39,171 nucleotides of DNA from Nitrososphaeraceae archaeon (GTDB lineage Archaea; Thermoproteota; Nitrososphaeria; Nitrososphaerales; Nitrososphaeraceae). The position numbers and the translations under genes were made by a program. The stretch spans positions 1-39,171 of the forward strand of contig DASWDL010000276.1 of NCBI GenBank assembly GCA_036395315.1. Direction: 5' to 3'. This document shows positions 10,546-20,126 of this stretch, piece by piece (position 1 is the stretch's first letter; the number at the start of each line of letters is the position of its first letter). The notes beneath the pieces were generated by a model that saw only the letters and a list, made by a program, of their open reading frames with translations, did no database searches and was not told the origin of the DNA.

Positions 10546-10732
10546 GGCTAATACCAGTGCTATGAGTAATCACATTTTGTTAGTGACCTTATTCTGAGTC
10601 AATATAACTTTCCACTCAAATGAATTCCTCGATAACAGACAGACAACAACATACATACCTAAAAAATGCAATTCACGGTGTAAATATTTTTTCTTCAATT
10701 AAAGAATAAACTACTAGGGCTATTTTTTTGCA

Positions 10733-11224
10733 ATGTCAATTAAGCAGATTGTATACATTGGAGAATTCGATAAATACGACAATAACGGCAATACAATATG
10801 CAGAAATACTGGATGTTTTAGACCTATTACACCCCCTTTTAGAAAATATTGCTCAAAAGAATGTAATAGACAATTTGAGAAATGGTATTATCATAATTTC
10901 TATTGGGAGAGAGTTAGATCTGATATATTCAGGCGAGATGATTATACATGTCAACTATGCAAAATAAAATACAAATACACATACAGGAGAAAGTTCGCAA
11001 GATCAAAAATATTAGAATGTGATCACATAATTCCAAAATCACACTATAAGCAGCTCGGATATAAATTCGACACTTTAGAAGAAAAAATTAGAACAGTGAT
11101 GGAATTGTTCCACAATCACGATAATCTGAGAACTCTTTGCAAAATATGCCATAGGCAAGTTACAAGAGACTGTTTGAAAAAAAGGTATGGGCAACGAAAT
11201 AATCAATACATACTTACGGTGTGA
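10733..11224 (+). CDS. HNH endonuclease with an N-terminal Cys cluster
   Basis: RDDYTCQLC...LECDHIIP...NLRTLCKICH; N-terminal CRNTGC...YCSKEC. Confidence 0.88.
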   Translation: MSIKQIVYIGEFDKYDNNGNTICRNTGCFRPITPPFRKYCSKECNRQFEKWYYHNFYWERVRSDIFRRDDYTCQLCKIKYKYTYRRKFARSKILECDHIIPKSHYKQLGYKFDTLEEKIRTVMELFHNHDNLRTLCKICHRQVTRDCLKKRYGQRNNQYILTV

Positions 11225-11256
11225 TTACTGTACTATGGCCCTCAATTCAATTCGTA

Positions 11257-11769
11257 CTACATTTGTTTAGAGTTGCCATATTTTTCGGAATATACAAGGT
11301 TATCAAGAGGTAGACGATTTTTTCTCCTACCTGTCAACTTCCTGCTTGGATATCCGAATCCCAGTATGACAGCTGGCTCCAACTCATTAGGAATTCCAAA
11401 ATCATTTCGAAGTTTTTCTTCTCTCATTCCCGTAAATAGACAAGAACCTATCCCATAGTTCCAAGCGGTCAACTCCATATTTTGTAATACTCTTCCTGCA
11501 TCAATTAAATGGAATTTGTATTTAGGATTTGTCAGTACTATCACAGCGAAATTAGCACCAGCTATCCACTTTCCGCTGGTACTATCTTCCGCAAGAATTT
11601 TGATATTATCCTTATCTTCCACCACTATAAATCGCCAGTGTTGAGTATTGAGACCAGTACCAGTTAATCTGGCTGCTTCCAAGATCTTCAATCTAATTTC
11701 GAATGGAACTTCTTTCGTATCGAATTCTCTAATTTCAAGCTTTGTTGATATACATTCAAAAGTTTTCAT
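11257..11769 (-). CDS. Nitroreductase family protein
   Basis: ILEAARL...NTQHWRFIVV...DAG...QNMELTAW..GIGSC...GFGYP; likely start MKTFECI at 11769. Confidence 0.9.
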   Translation of the reverse strand: MKTFECISTKLEIREFDTKEVPFEIRLKILEAARLTGTGLNTQHWRFIVVEDKDNIKILAEDSTSGKWIAGANFAVIVLTNPKYKFHLIDAGRVLQNMELTAWNYGIGSCLFTGMREEKLRNDFGIPNELEPAVILGFGYPSRKLTGRRKNRLPLDNLVYSEKYGNSKQM

Positions 11770-11884
11770 ATAGTTGTTTAATATATCAGGTATGAAACGA
11801 CTTAAAGCTTTATTAAAATAGAGGCAGGCGAGCACATATCAATAATAAAAAGTCTTAAAACAACAGTAGCAAGCAGATTCTTGA

Positions 11885-11907
11885 ATTGTTGAAAAATATT
11901 CAACAAT
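11885..11907. promoter_or_regulatory. Perfect 9-bp inverted repeat ATTGTTGAA-N5-TTCAACAAT, candidate operator
   Basis: Read directly; lies between the divergent nitroreductase and SnoaL-like genes. Confidence 0.5.
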
Positions 11908-12087
11908 CAATCAGTTTTCTAAAAAGTATTCGTTACCTATGTGGGATACTAATATTCATTCAACTAATAGAGATGTATGACCTCACACTATTTGTTTTTT
12001 GCAATTCCAACCTCAGGCTAAAAGTATCACCAAATATAGATAGATTACAGTTAGAGTACTAGAAACTAGACAACTTCGTAGTATACA

Positions 12088-12546
12088 ATGGATAATTCCA
12101 TTAACTTCAAAATAATAGACTTAAATTATCTAAATTTTGAACATCGAGTATTGAATAGGGCAGAATATCTTACATTTATGGAAAATATGTACCGTGACAT
12201 ACTAGAGAACCTTAAAGTCGATAAGATTCCAGACTATTTTTCTCCTAAATACGTGCAGACGACAGGTGGAGAGAATATTGACTACCAAGGATTCATAGAT
12301 CAAGTAAAAGATTTGAAGCAACATGTCGAATCAATTCAGGTATTACCCCTAGAGGAAACTGTTTGTGAAGGAAACAAGATGGCTTTAAGGTATTTAAGAA
12401 GGGTAACGAAGAAGAACGGTCTATTAAGCAATGTAGCAGTACTAGGCATTTTTGAGATTCAAGACGATAAACTTGTTCGATGCTGGGAATTATCGAAGGT
12501 TATTGTGGGAGAGAAAGAAGATAAAGCATTAAATGCAATTCCATAA
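12088..12546 (+). CDS. SnoaL/NTF2-like protein
   Basis: YFSPKYVQ...EGNKMALRY...GIFEIQDDKLVRCWEL; true start may be TTG at 12151. Confidence 0.78.
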   Translation: MDNSINFKIIDLNYLNFEHRVLNRAEYLTFMENMYRDILENLKVDKIPDYFSPKYVQTTGGENIDYQGFIDQVKDLKQHVESIQVLPLEETVCEGNKMALRYLRRVTKKNGLLSNVAVLGIFEIQDDKLVRCWELSKVIVGEKEDKALNAIP

Positions 12547-12676
12547 CGTCAATGATGGATAGTAAACTCATAGGCATAGCTAATGAGTATTCACTCTATC
12601 AAGCGGTCTTCAATGGGTCGATTTTAGAAACTGGCACACATAACTGACGTCAAGGAAGTAGGGTCTTCACACAAAA

Positions 12677-13210
12677 TCAAACGAGATCGAGCTTTATAGT
12701 CACAGTACTATTTGTTACACCAAATTTAGCTCCTCGTATATTCAATTCATTAACCAGATATTCAAACGATTTTTCCAAGAGTAATGACCATTTTTTTCCC
12801 AAACCATGATTTATTATGTATGTCAAGGTACCATCATTTAGTTCTCGCATATGCTGCATATTCGATACGTGCAGCCATGTATCAAAAAGCTCTAAAACTA
12901 CAGGCAAAGAGTATTGTTTGCTCATAAGCAGCAATGTTTCTTGATAACCACTCTTCTTAAATTCATCTGCAATTCTAGCTATCTCATAATCAGCAAGATT
13001 CTCCATTATTGATGCCAAAAAACATTTCGGAATAAACATAACTCCTGCTCTTTGTGCAGGCGAATACCACTTGACATACAGTTTGATAATTTGGTTAGCT
13101 AGTGTATTCAATGAAACAAGCTTGTCCTCTGATTCTTTTCTTAACTCATCTAGAAGCTCCTTGTCTATCCTTAACGTTATAGATTCTGTTTGGCGTCTCG
13201 GTCTACTCAC
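12677..13210 (-). CDS. Ribbon-helix-helix (CopG-like) regulator with a thaumarchaeal C-terminal domain
   Basis: TESITLRIDKELLDELRKES....VSLNTLANQII RHH; C-terminal YIINHGLGKKWS motif. Confidence 0.72.
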   Translation of the reverse strand: MSRPRRQTESITLRIDKELLDELRKESEDKLVSLNTLANQIIKLYVKWYSPAQRAGVMFIPKCFLASIMENLADYEIARIADEFKKSGYQETLLLMSKQYSLPVVLELFDTWLHVSNMQHMRELNDGTLTYIINHGLGKKWSLLLEKSFEYLVNELNIRGAKFGVTNSTVTIKLDLV

Positions 13211-13432
13211 AGATTCGCCACCTAAACATTAGGTGAGTATAAACCTGATTCATGCACTTAATTGCAAATGAATAATATAAAACATTTATCTCAAATTGAG
13301 AATAATAATTCCATCCATTTAATTATTATTACGTGCTCCTTAATGCACAATCTTCTTATGGAACAAAGCTTACAAAATTGTGTCATACAAAATTCTCATA
13401 GTTCTCTTAAAGCCCAATCGAGGCTAAAACAT

Positions 13433-13635
13433 ATGGCTGTAGAGAAAAGGATATAAAAGTAGCATATTCTTTCGTTGATACTTACCACAGTTTATGTCTA
13501 GATAAGAAAGATATTATTTTAGCTCAGATAGATGCCTGTGAAAGATTGCTTAATTATATAACCGATCAAACAAGCAATAATGCAATTACAAGAGAAATAG
13601 CAGAATTAAAGATGCCTTTAGATTTGTTACCCTGA
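13433..13635 (+). pseudogene. Frameshifted paralogue of the 16484-16732 small protein
   Basis: ATG at 13433 (MAVEK) is out of frame with KDIKVAYSFVDTYHSLCLDKKDIILAQIDACERLLNY...LDLLP*. The shift is at the A4 run 13445-13448. The core is 25/33 identical to 16484-16732. Confidence 0.8.
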
Positions 13636-13793
13636 CGAAATCGGTAAATGGTAGATTATAGGATTATTTGATAGCGATTTGAATCAATCAATCTAAAGCT
13701 AAATTTCTATTTACGGATGGTACTTTTTAAGGCCAAGACTAGATCTTCAATAATAAATAGACGTCGGGCCCTAGATGCGTTCTACAATTCAAA

Positions 13794-14207
13794 CTAGAGC
13801 CAGATTGTATCTGTGGCAGTTTTCTTTCTTACTGCAATATGGGAAAAGTCATTGTCTTTTATTGCACCATGCCAGTGTACCAATCCTGCAGGAATCCGGA
13901 CAATGTCTCCTTTGTTTATTTCATATTGCTTTCTTGATATTCCAGCATTTCCATTTGACTCATTGAGATCCATTTTTTCTATAAACACCACAATACCTTT
14001 TCCCTCTGTAACAACAAGAATCTGTTCGGACATATGGATATGTGGTCTTGTCTTACAGCCTTTCCTAAATTCTACAAAGTAAATTTCTTCTTCAGAGTTT
14101 GCTTCTTCTGGAAGCTTGCGCATTGTAAAATCGCCTGTAAAATTTTTTTCCTGCAGAGTTTTAGCTACTTCTGTCATATCTTTAATATTCCATTTTTTTA
14201 GTTCCAT
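13794..14207 (-). CDS. Cupin domain protein
   Basis: RPHIH..EQIL.V.EGKG and GDIVRIPAG..HWHGA cupin motifs. Confidence 0.9.
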   Translation of the reverse strand: MELKKWNIKDMTEVAKTLQEKNFTGDFTMRKLPEEANSEEEIYFVEFRKGCKTRPHIHMSEQILVVTEGKGIVVFIEKMDLNESNGNAGISRKQYEINKGDIVRIPAGLVHWHGAIKDNDFSHIAVRKKTATDTIWL

Positions 14208-14442
14208 AGTTTATCTATCACCTAATCACTATCGGATTCAAGCTCAACAATATTAACGCTACCACTTACTAATTGATATATGCTCACGATATCTTTCATA
14301 ATTAGATTTTCTTCAATTTTGGGCATAGCAAGAAGAGCTTTGAAATATGTAATTTTTAGTGCATATAACTATGAGGCGGTCTCTTTCCCTTTTGTTTTGG
14401 TATTAAGAACTATAGAGGGGCTGTATTTACCTAAATCTGTAA

Positions 14443-14646
14443 ATGAGTAAATATTACGACATATGTTTCATTTCAGGATGTAAGAATCTGACCAGTCATA
14501 GGATAAAAGTATCATCTAGGAATAAGGAGGGTAAATTTACCACGCTATGCGAAACTAAATTTCTGTGTGAAACACATTATAAAAATCTTGGAAGGATGCA
14601 AATGAAAAGTGATCTACCTGTTGTTATTGAAGATTGGAATGGCTAA
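14443..14646 (+). CDS. Small putative Zn-binding hypothetical protein
   Basis: 67 aa with CFISGC...LCETH. Confidence 0.55.
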   Translation: MSKYYDICFISGCKNLTSHRIKVSSRNKEGKFTTLCETKFLCETHYKNLGRMQMKSDLPVVIEDWNG

Positions 14647-14665
14647 AGAAGAATTCTATAGTTGC

Positions 14666-14688
14666 AAATTCTGCTTATTGTAGAATTT
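14666..14688. terminator. Hairpin between convergent genes
   Basis: AAATTCTGC-TTATT-GTAGAATTT (one G-U pair). Confidence 0.3.
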
Positions 14689-14754
14689 CTGCACACAATT
14701 TCCAAAAATAATCAAACTTTAGTATTAGATTGTAGTATGGACGTAGTTTTATGC

Positions 14755-15480
14755 TTAGAGAGGGGGTAGTCTTGATACAACACGATGACAATCTTGGCAA
14801 AGAATGGTCCTAAATATATAATCCATGTAAGAAGGTACTAACGAGGAGTTATAAATAATCCCTTGGATATAGCTACCACATTTATTACATTTCAGCGTAC
14901 TCCATCCGTGAGGGAGTTTTGTCGAATAGGGGCTGAACATCTTATTTATCGTGTTGTTGACACCATATTCAATAGCACTATCTACTTGAGATATGATAAA
15001 TCTAATCAATTCCTGATTGGAACGTAATTTGTCTTTGTTGATACTAGCCTCAACTACCTCGGGATGTATCCCCAATGCCTCTAACAAGTCTTTCTGTAAT
15101 GCATAGGGTTTGAAACCCAATAATTCATAATAGCCTTCTTGTTCGCGTTTTATGATGGCAGGATCCCATCCATATTTACGGACTATCTCTACTTCCGAAA
15201 GATCGTTGTAGATATCATTATACATCTTTTTTCTATCCTCGCGACTAAGTGAACTAGTTTTATCCCCATCTTTCTGAGTTAAATCCTCTAGGCTTGGATC
15301 ATTAGGATTCTGTCCAATATTTTTTACCTCTTTAGACTCCTGAGCAATTCTTTTACTTTCTGCACTACTAATCTTGTAGACATAACTCTTAGATGTTTTT
15401 TCGTCCCGAGCGATAACCTCGGGGTCATTCCCATTAGCTAGCCTTTTTACAATTTTATCTTTCTTCGTTGTCTTTGTCAT
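14755..15480 (-). CDS. Hypothetical protein with HTH-like segments and a C-terminal Zn ribbon
   Basis: DPEVIARDEKTSKSYVYKI HTH-like; second HTH-like LSEVEIVRKYGWDP; CNKC...CQDC. Confidence 0.7.
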   Translation of the reverse strand: MTKTTKKDKIVKRLANGNDPEVIARDEKTSKSYVYKISSAESKRIAQESKEVKNIGQNPNDPSLEDLTQKDGDKTSSLSREDRKKMYNDIYNDLSEVEIVRKYGWDPAIIKREQEGYYELLGFKPYALQKDLLEALGIHPEVVEASINKDKLRSNQELIRFIISQVDSAIEYGVNNTINKMFSPYSTKLPHGWSTLKCNKCGSYIQGIIYNSSLVPSYMDYIFRTILCQDCHRVVSRLPPL

Positions 15481-16134
15481 AGTTCCACTGCTTTTTCTTA
15501 CTAGTAAAGTAAAGTAAGGTAAGACAAATATTTATTCATACGCCCCAATTGAGCGAGGATCGACTGAAAAGAGGATGATGTATGCAAGGTAAAAGGTTTA
15601 AGTTTGTTTCACCAAAAGTAAGGATCGTTAATACACCCTTGACCTGACCCATAAAAATAATGGATTCACTTTACTGTTCTTAATTGATTCGGTCCATTTT
15701 TCATAGGTAAGCAAAAAGAAACGAAACAAAAGAATTCTTCAATCTATCTATTTCGTCTCCAACAATCAATCTTATAGGGTAAAGGATTGGTACTTTTCCT
15801 ATGTTCTTACCTTCGTCCAATGATAGATAGTAAATTTAATCAAGTAATCCTGTATCTGTACCATTGGAAGCCGAATTTTGTCGGATGAATTTTTAAACAC
15901 GGATATCAGATTTTATCAGCTCAGCCAAATATATTTCGAAATACGAACCGTTATGCATGTGAAGTGAAAATGCGGTAATAAAGTTGGATTTAAGGTCAGT
16001 TTATGGTCAGATTTTTATCAACTCTGGTAAGATATTCCATTTATTTCCTACCTATATATTACCATTCAGCCATTGAATTTACTATTATCACTTCTTATTC
16101 ATAAGACTTTATTCCCATCCCATTCGATGATGAA

Positions 16135-16440
16135 TTACCAGAATCCGAGTTTTTTGATTTCGGAGTAACCTTCTACTGTGCCCTCAAGTGTTAGTTGAAT
16201 CTCGTGAATTACTCTTCCGAAGGCAGTAATTGAATATTTGCCGTCAGTGCATTTAATCATGCCAATTCTTATAAGTTTAGAAATTCTCGAATAGAATTCC
16301 TTATGTGATAGCGAAAGTTGGTCTCTCATGTCCAGCGTCTTGCCATCTTTCACGGCTATTGCATTAAACAAATTTAGTGATTTGATGTCACAAATTGCAT
16401 TCAGAATTTGTGTTATTGAAGGTGTTATTACCAATTGCAT
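16135..16440 (-). CDS. Stand-alone winged-helix regulator, homologous to the N-terminus of 6671-7570
   Basis: LSHKEFYSRISKLIRIGMIK...KYSITAFG. Confidence 0.75.
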   Translation of the reverse strand: MQLVITPSITQILNAICDIKSLNLFNAIAVKDGKTLDMRDQLSLSHKEFYSRISKLIRIGMIKCTDGKYSITAFGRVIHEIQLTLEGTVEGYSEIKKLGFW

Positions 16441-16483
16441 TTACATGCCACTGCTCTAAGCGGATTTAAGCTATGAAACCTAT

Positions 16484-16732
16484 CTATTCAATTAAATCAA
16501 GGATCAATTTTAAATCAGCAACCTCTTTTTCGAGAATTATTTGATCTATTCTATCACCAGTATATTTCAAAAGTCTTTCGCAAGCTTGTATTTGCCCTAA
16601 TATAATGTCCTTTTTATCAATACAGGTACTGTGATATGAATCCACAAGAGAATAAGTAACGCTTCTGCTTTTCTTAAGTCCAGTTGTCTTTGCTTCAATT
16701 GCAAAGGGATTTTCTTCTTCAATAATATTCAT
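16484..16732 (-). CDS. Small helical 'DKKDII' family hypothetical protein
   Basis: 82 aa; a paralogue exists at 13433-13635. Confidence 0.78.
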   Translation of the reverse strand: MNIIEEENPFAIEAKTTGLKKSRSVTYSLVDSYHSTCIDKKDIILGQIQACERLLKYTGDRIDQIILEKEVADLKLILDLIE

Positions 16733-17210
16733 AGCTTATTAGATAAAGACTGTGTCTATCAAAGTTGTCCTGTGAAATCACACGGTGAATAATGGACTAT
16801 ATAGTATATTTCAGGGTCTCTTATGGCGTACAATTAGAAGTAGATTAATTATTCTATTATGTTGGGCAAGATATGATTAGCCCGGTATATTAGTCAAAAG
16901 TTTCTTCCTGTTTCAATGATAATGGAGTTTACCAACTATCGATCTGTGCTATTCCTATATCCCCAAAACATGAGAAACCAGAATTGATCAAAGATCGACT
17001 AGTCGAGGTCCTCTCATATCTGGATTATGCACGAAATTTTTAACGAACCTTATACAAACTCATTACATTACTATCAAACTAAATCGAGTATTACTTCAAA
17101 CTTCGTTTTGTTCCTATAGTACAGAATGTTCTTTACGATTCTTGATTCTTGTACTTTCATAGGGTATTACGATCTGAAGAACTTAAATAATTTAGTTACA
17201 TAAATTCGGC

Positions 17211-17357
17211 ATGGCAGAAGTAAATAAAACAATTAAGCATGAAAGACCAATATGTCTTATTTGTAACAAAACATTTGTTACCAAAGAGGTCCTGACGGCC
17301 CATAACATGGTTATTCATGATATCTCTACAGGATCTTCGAACGAGACAACTGACTAA
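17211..17357 (+). CDS. 48-aa C2H2 zinc-finger microprotein
   Basis: MAEVNKTIKHERPICLICNKTFVTKEVLTAHNMVIHDISTGSSNETTD*: C-x2-C-x12-H-x4-H with conserved F and L; TTAAATA at 17183-17189. Confidence 0.8.
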   Translation: MAEVNKTIKHERPICLICNKTFVTKEVLTAHNMVIHDISTGSSNETTD

Positions 17358-17618
17358 AAATCTGTGACAATAAAGCCTTATCGATACTTTAGATTTACAT
17401 CAAATATACTTGCCTACGGGGGAGACTGTTGATGTTGGCCAATTATTTGAGTTATTAAATTAAAATTAGGACAATCAATAATGCAAGTATTCTATATAGT
17501 AACAAATAATTCATGTATTAATCGTATAAATAGCCTCTTCTTCCATTGATCAGCTGATGGAAAAAAGAATCTACGTATTACTTTGTAATATTATGATCCG
17601 AAATACAGTTTTCCAAGA

Positions 17619-17832
17619 GTGATCATGGAGAGTGCCGCGGCAAAAAATTGTAAAATCAATTTTAATATGCCTATCTATAATGCTAGAACACGACTTTATG
17701 AAGGCGAGGACATACAATTCTCGAAGTATGCTGAGGCTCGAAAAAGCTATTGGAAGTGTGAAAAATGCGGCCATCTATTTCCGGCCTTCAAACTGATGAA
17801 GAATCATTAAGAGTGAATTCCATTCATATTAA
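17619..17832 (+). pseudogene. C2H2 zinc-finger protein broken by a 1-bp insertion (paralogue of 37641-37856)
   Basis: ...WKCEKCGHLFPAFKLMKNH then stop; removing one T at 17807-17808 restores KSEFHSY*, matching RIQIHSY* of the paralogue. Confidence 0.78.
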
Positions 17833-17897
17833 GATTAAAAATTGAGAACTGATACATTCTCCAGGATTGTTACCAGTATTATTTGAATTATCTACTA

Positions 17898-17925
17898 AGT
17901 TGTAAATTGCTACCTATTTTAAATA
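17898..17925 (+). promoter_or_regulatory. Degenerate AGTAA-N4-TTACT site plus TATA box
   Basis: AGTTG-taaa-TTGCT-AC-ctatt-TTAAATA, same spacing as the other three copies. Confidence 0.45.
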
Positions 17926-17948
17926 TGATGTCTTGAATTTAAAATGTT

Positions 17949-18197
17949 ATGACTAATGAGCCAATGTCCTACAAAGATCATTCTAACAATGATTCCTCAT
18001 GGTGCAATCTACTAATTAATGGGTCAAACGTAAGGGCAAAAGTAAAACATGCTGGTAGTGGTAAATATAGATTTATGGAGGACAAGGATGATGGAAAATA
18101 TGTTGGTACGATAGTAGATGCATCGGACATATTTCACTGCAGTTTAGTCCCAAATACAGTAGTCCATTGTAACTCGACGAAATTCAAACTACGATGA
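17949..18197 (+). CDS. Small hypothetical protein
   Basis: 82-aa ORF with a TATA box 24-30 nt upstream. Confidence 0.6.
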   Translation: MTNEPMSYKDHSNNDSSWCNLLINGSNVRAKVKHAGSGKYRFMEDKDDGKYVGTIVDASDIFHCSLVPNTVVHCNSTKFKLR

Positions 18198-18222
18198 CTT
18201 TGTCAGTTCTTGGGAAGTTCCA

Positions 18223-18397
18223 TCAGAGCGGTACTTCCACGGCTACATCCAATTTCGTATAGTACTTTTTCATATCCCCTTCTCCATATTTAGACTTGAA
18301 TTTCTTTACAATATCCTTCAACCCTATTATTGTCTGTTATTGGTTTACCTTCAGCAGCTACTTTTATGCCATTTACAGAAATCTTCAACGCTGCGTC
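18223..18397 (-). pseudogene. 3' remnant of a DDN-like (F420 nitroreductase) gene, paralogue of 24128-24481
   Basis: LKISVNGIKVAAEGKPITDNNRV / frameshift / KDIVKKFKSKYGEGDMKKYYTKLDVAVEVPL* versus VKISAHGQELTGKAKTITDDDEVKDIIEKFRSKYGNSDVQKYYSKFDV. Confidence 0.8.
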
Positions 18398-18582
18398 TTA
18401 TCTCATATACTTTATCCAGTTTCTGGTAAAGATCGGCTTTGGACATGATGCTAAATCGATTCTATAACTTTATGGTTACGAATTCTTTTTACTTCCCTTG
18501 ACCTCTATGAATATGTATTAAAGAAGACCAAAAAGAAAAATGGCCACTTATAACCCAAGTTTAATTGAAAGCCATTATAATT

Positions 18583-19620
18583 ATGAAATCTAATATTATC
18601 GTAGATATGCGTTCAGTTCAAGTTTCTAAACCTAACGGCCCTTTTGAAATAGTGGAGAGAGATACTCCGGAACCAAGTGCTAGACAAGTTCGAATCAAGG
18701 TACAAGCATGTGGCATATGCCATAGTGATTCCTTTACTAAACAGGGGTTATTTCCAGGCATTCAATATCCGAGGGTTCCCGGCCATGAGATTGCAGGTGT
18801 TATAGATAAAGTAGGCAAGGACGTTACTCAATGGGAACCTAGACAGAGAGTAGCTGTTGGCTGGCATGGAGGTCATTGTGGCCATTGCGAATCTTGCAGG
18901 CGTGGAGATTTTGTTACTTGTAAATACGCACAGGTACCAGGCATTTCATATGATGGTGGTTATGCGGATTATATGATTGCGCCTATCGAAGCCCTAGCAT
19001 TAATACCCGAGCAGCTTTCAGCAGTAGAAGCTGCGCCTCTTATGTGTGCTGGTATTACCACCTATAACGCTCTTCGGAACAGTGGAGCACGTGCAGGCGA
19101 TGTAGTTGCTATTATTGGAATGGGAGGCCTTGGACATCTGGGAATTCAGTTTGCAGCCAAGATGGGTTTTAACACTGTGGCTATTGGACGAGCGAGAGAC
19201 AAAGAAGAGGAATTAGTAAAGAAGCTGGGCGCAAGGCAGTACATTGATAACAAGTCTCAGAACGCAGTCGAAGAACTTAACAAGTTGGGAGGAGCTAAAG
19301 TGATACTTGCAACAGTCCCAAGCGGAAAGGCAATGACTGAAATCCTTGGGGGCCTTGCAGTCAATGGAAAGCTTGTCGTAATCGGAGCATCCGATGAGCC
19401 AATTGAAGTACCTCCAAATCTAATGATATTAGGACGTCGTTCATTGATAGGCTGGCCAGCTGGTACGTCAATTGATTCGCAAGACACGCTCTCATTTAGC
19501 GCTGTCTCTGGTGTAAGGTCCATGAACGAAGTCTTTTCATTAGATCGCGCAGCGGAGGCATATGATCATATGATGAGTGGTAAAGCTAAGTTTAGATGTG
19601 TTCTTACAACTGGTAATTAG
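18583..19620 (+). CDS. Zinc-dependent alcohol dehydrogenase (MDR, AdhP/CAD-like)
   Basis: CGICHSD, PGHE, structural CGHCESC...C, GMGGLG; start at 18583 or 18607. Confidence 0.95.
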   Translation: MKSNIIVDMRSVQVSKPNGPFEIVERDTPEPSARQVRIKVQACGICHSDSFTKQGLFPGIQYPRVPGHEIAGVIDKVGKDVTQWEPRQRVAVGWHGGHCGHCESCRRGDFVTCKYAQVPGISYDGGYADYMIAPIEALALIPEQLSAVEAAPLMCAGITTYNALRNSGARAGDVVAIIGMGGLGHLGIQFAAKMGFNTVAIGRARDKEEELVKKLGARQYIDNKSQNAVEELNKLGGAKVILATVPSGKAMTEILGGLAVNGKLVVIGASDEPIEVPPNLMILGRRSLIGWPAGTSIDSQDTLSFSAVSGVRSMNEVFSLDRAAEAYDHMMSGKAKFRCVLTTGN

Positions 19621-19653
19621 ATGGCCTTATAAACCCCGAAAAGGAGAGACACG

Positions 19654-20126
19654 ATGTCTACATTTAAAACATCCCGTGAAATCTTAGCAACCATGGAACA
19701 AGTCTTTGCCGCAATCAGTGATCCAGAACGTTTGGCACGGTGGTGGGGGCCAGCCGGTTTCACCAATACTTTCAATGTCTGCGAGTTCAAGAACGGTGGG
19801 CGTTGGTCTTTCGTCATGCACGGACCAAATGGCGCAAACTATCTAAATGAAAATGTGTTTTTAGAAATAGAATCACCAAGGAAGGTCGTTGTGCAGCACG
19901 CCTCGGAGCCAAAGTATCGCTTGGCCATTGCCTTGGTTACGTCTGCAGCGGGAACGGTCGTTTCATGGTCGCAGGAATTTGAGAGTTTGGAGGTTGCCAG
20001 TCGCCTTGAACACATCGTAGTCCCTGCCAACGAACAGGAAGTCGCCTTGAACACATCGTAGTCCCTGCCAACGAACAGGACCTTGAACGCCTGTCGGTTG
20101 AGGTTTTGCGTAAACCGGGCGGCTAA
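19654..20126 (+). pseudogene. SRPBCC/AHSA1-family gene whose C-terminus is frameshifted by a 41-bp tandem duplication
   Basis: LARWWGPAGFTNT..EFKNGGRWSFVMHGP; the ORF stops at 20061, and removing one repeat copy gives ...NEQDLERLSVEVLRKPGG* ending at 20126. Confidence 0.85.
19999..20080. repeat. Perfect 41-bp tandem duplication
   Basis: agtcgccttgaacacatcgtagtccctgccaacgaacagga at 19999-20039 and 20040-20080. Confidence 0.95.

Noticed and set aside
16890-17043. Open stretch ending ...HEKPELIKDRLVEVLSY and the palindrome TCGACTAGTCGA
   Set aside because: No convincing start codon, and only a vague resemblance to hydrolase termini.
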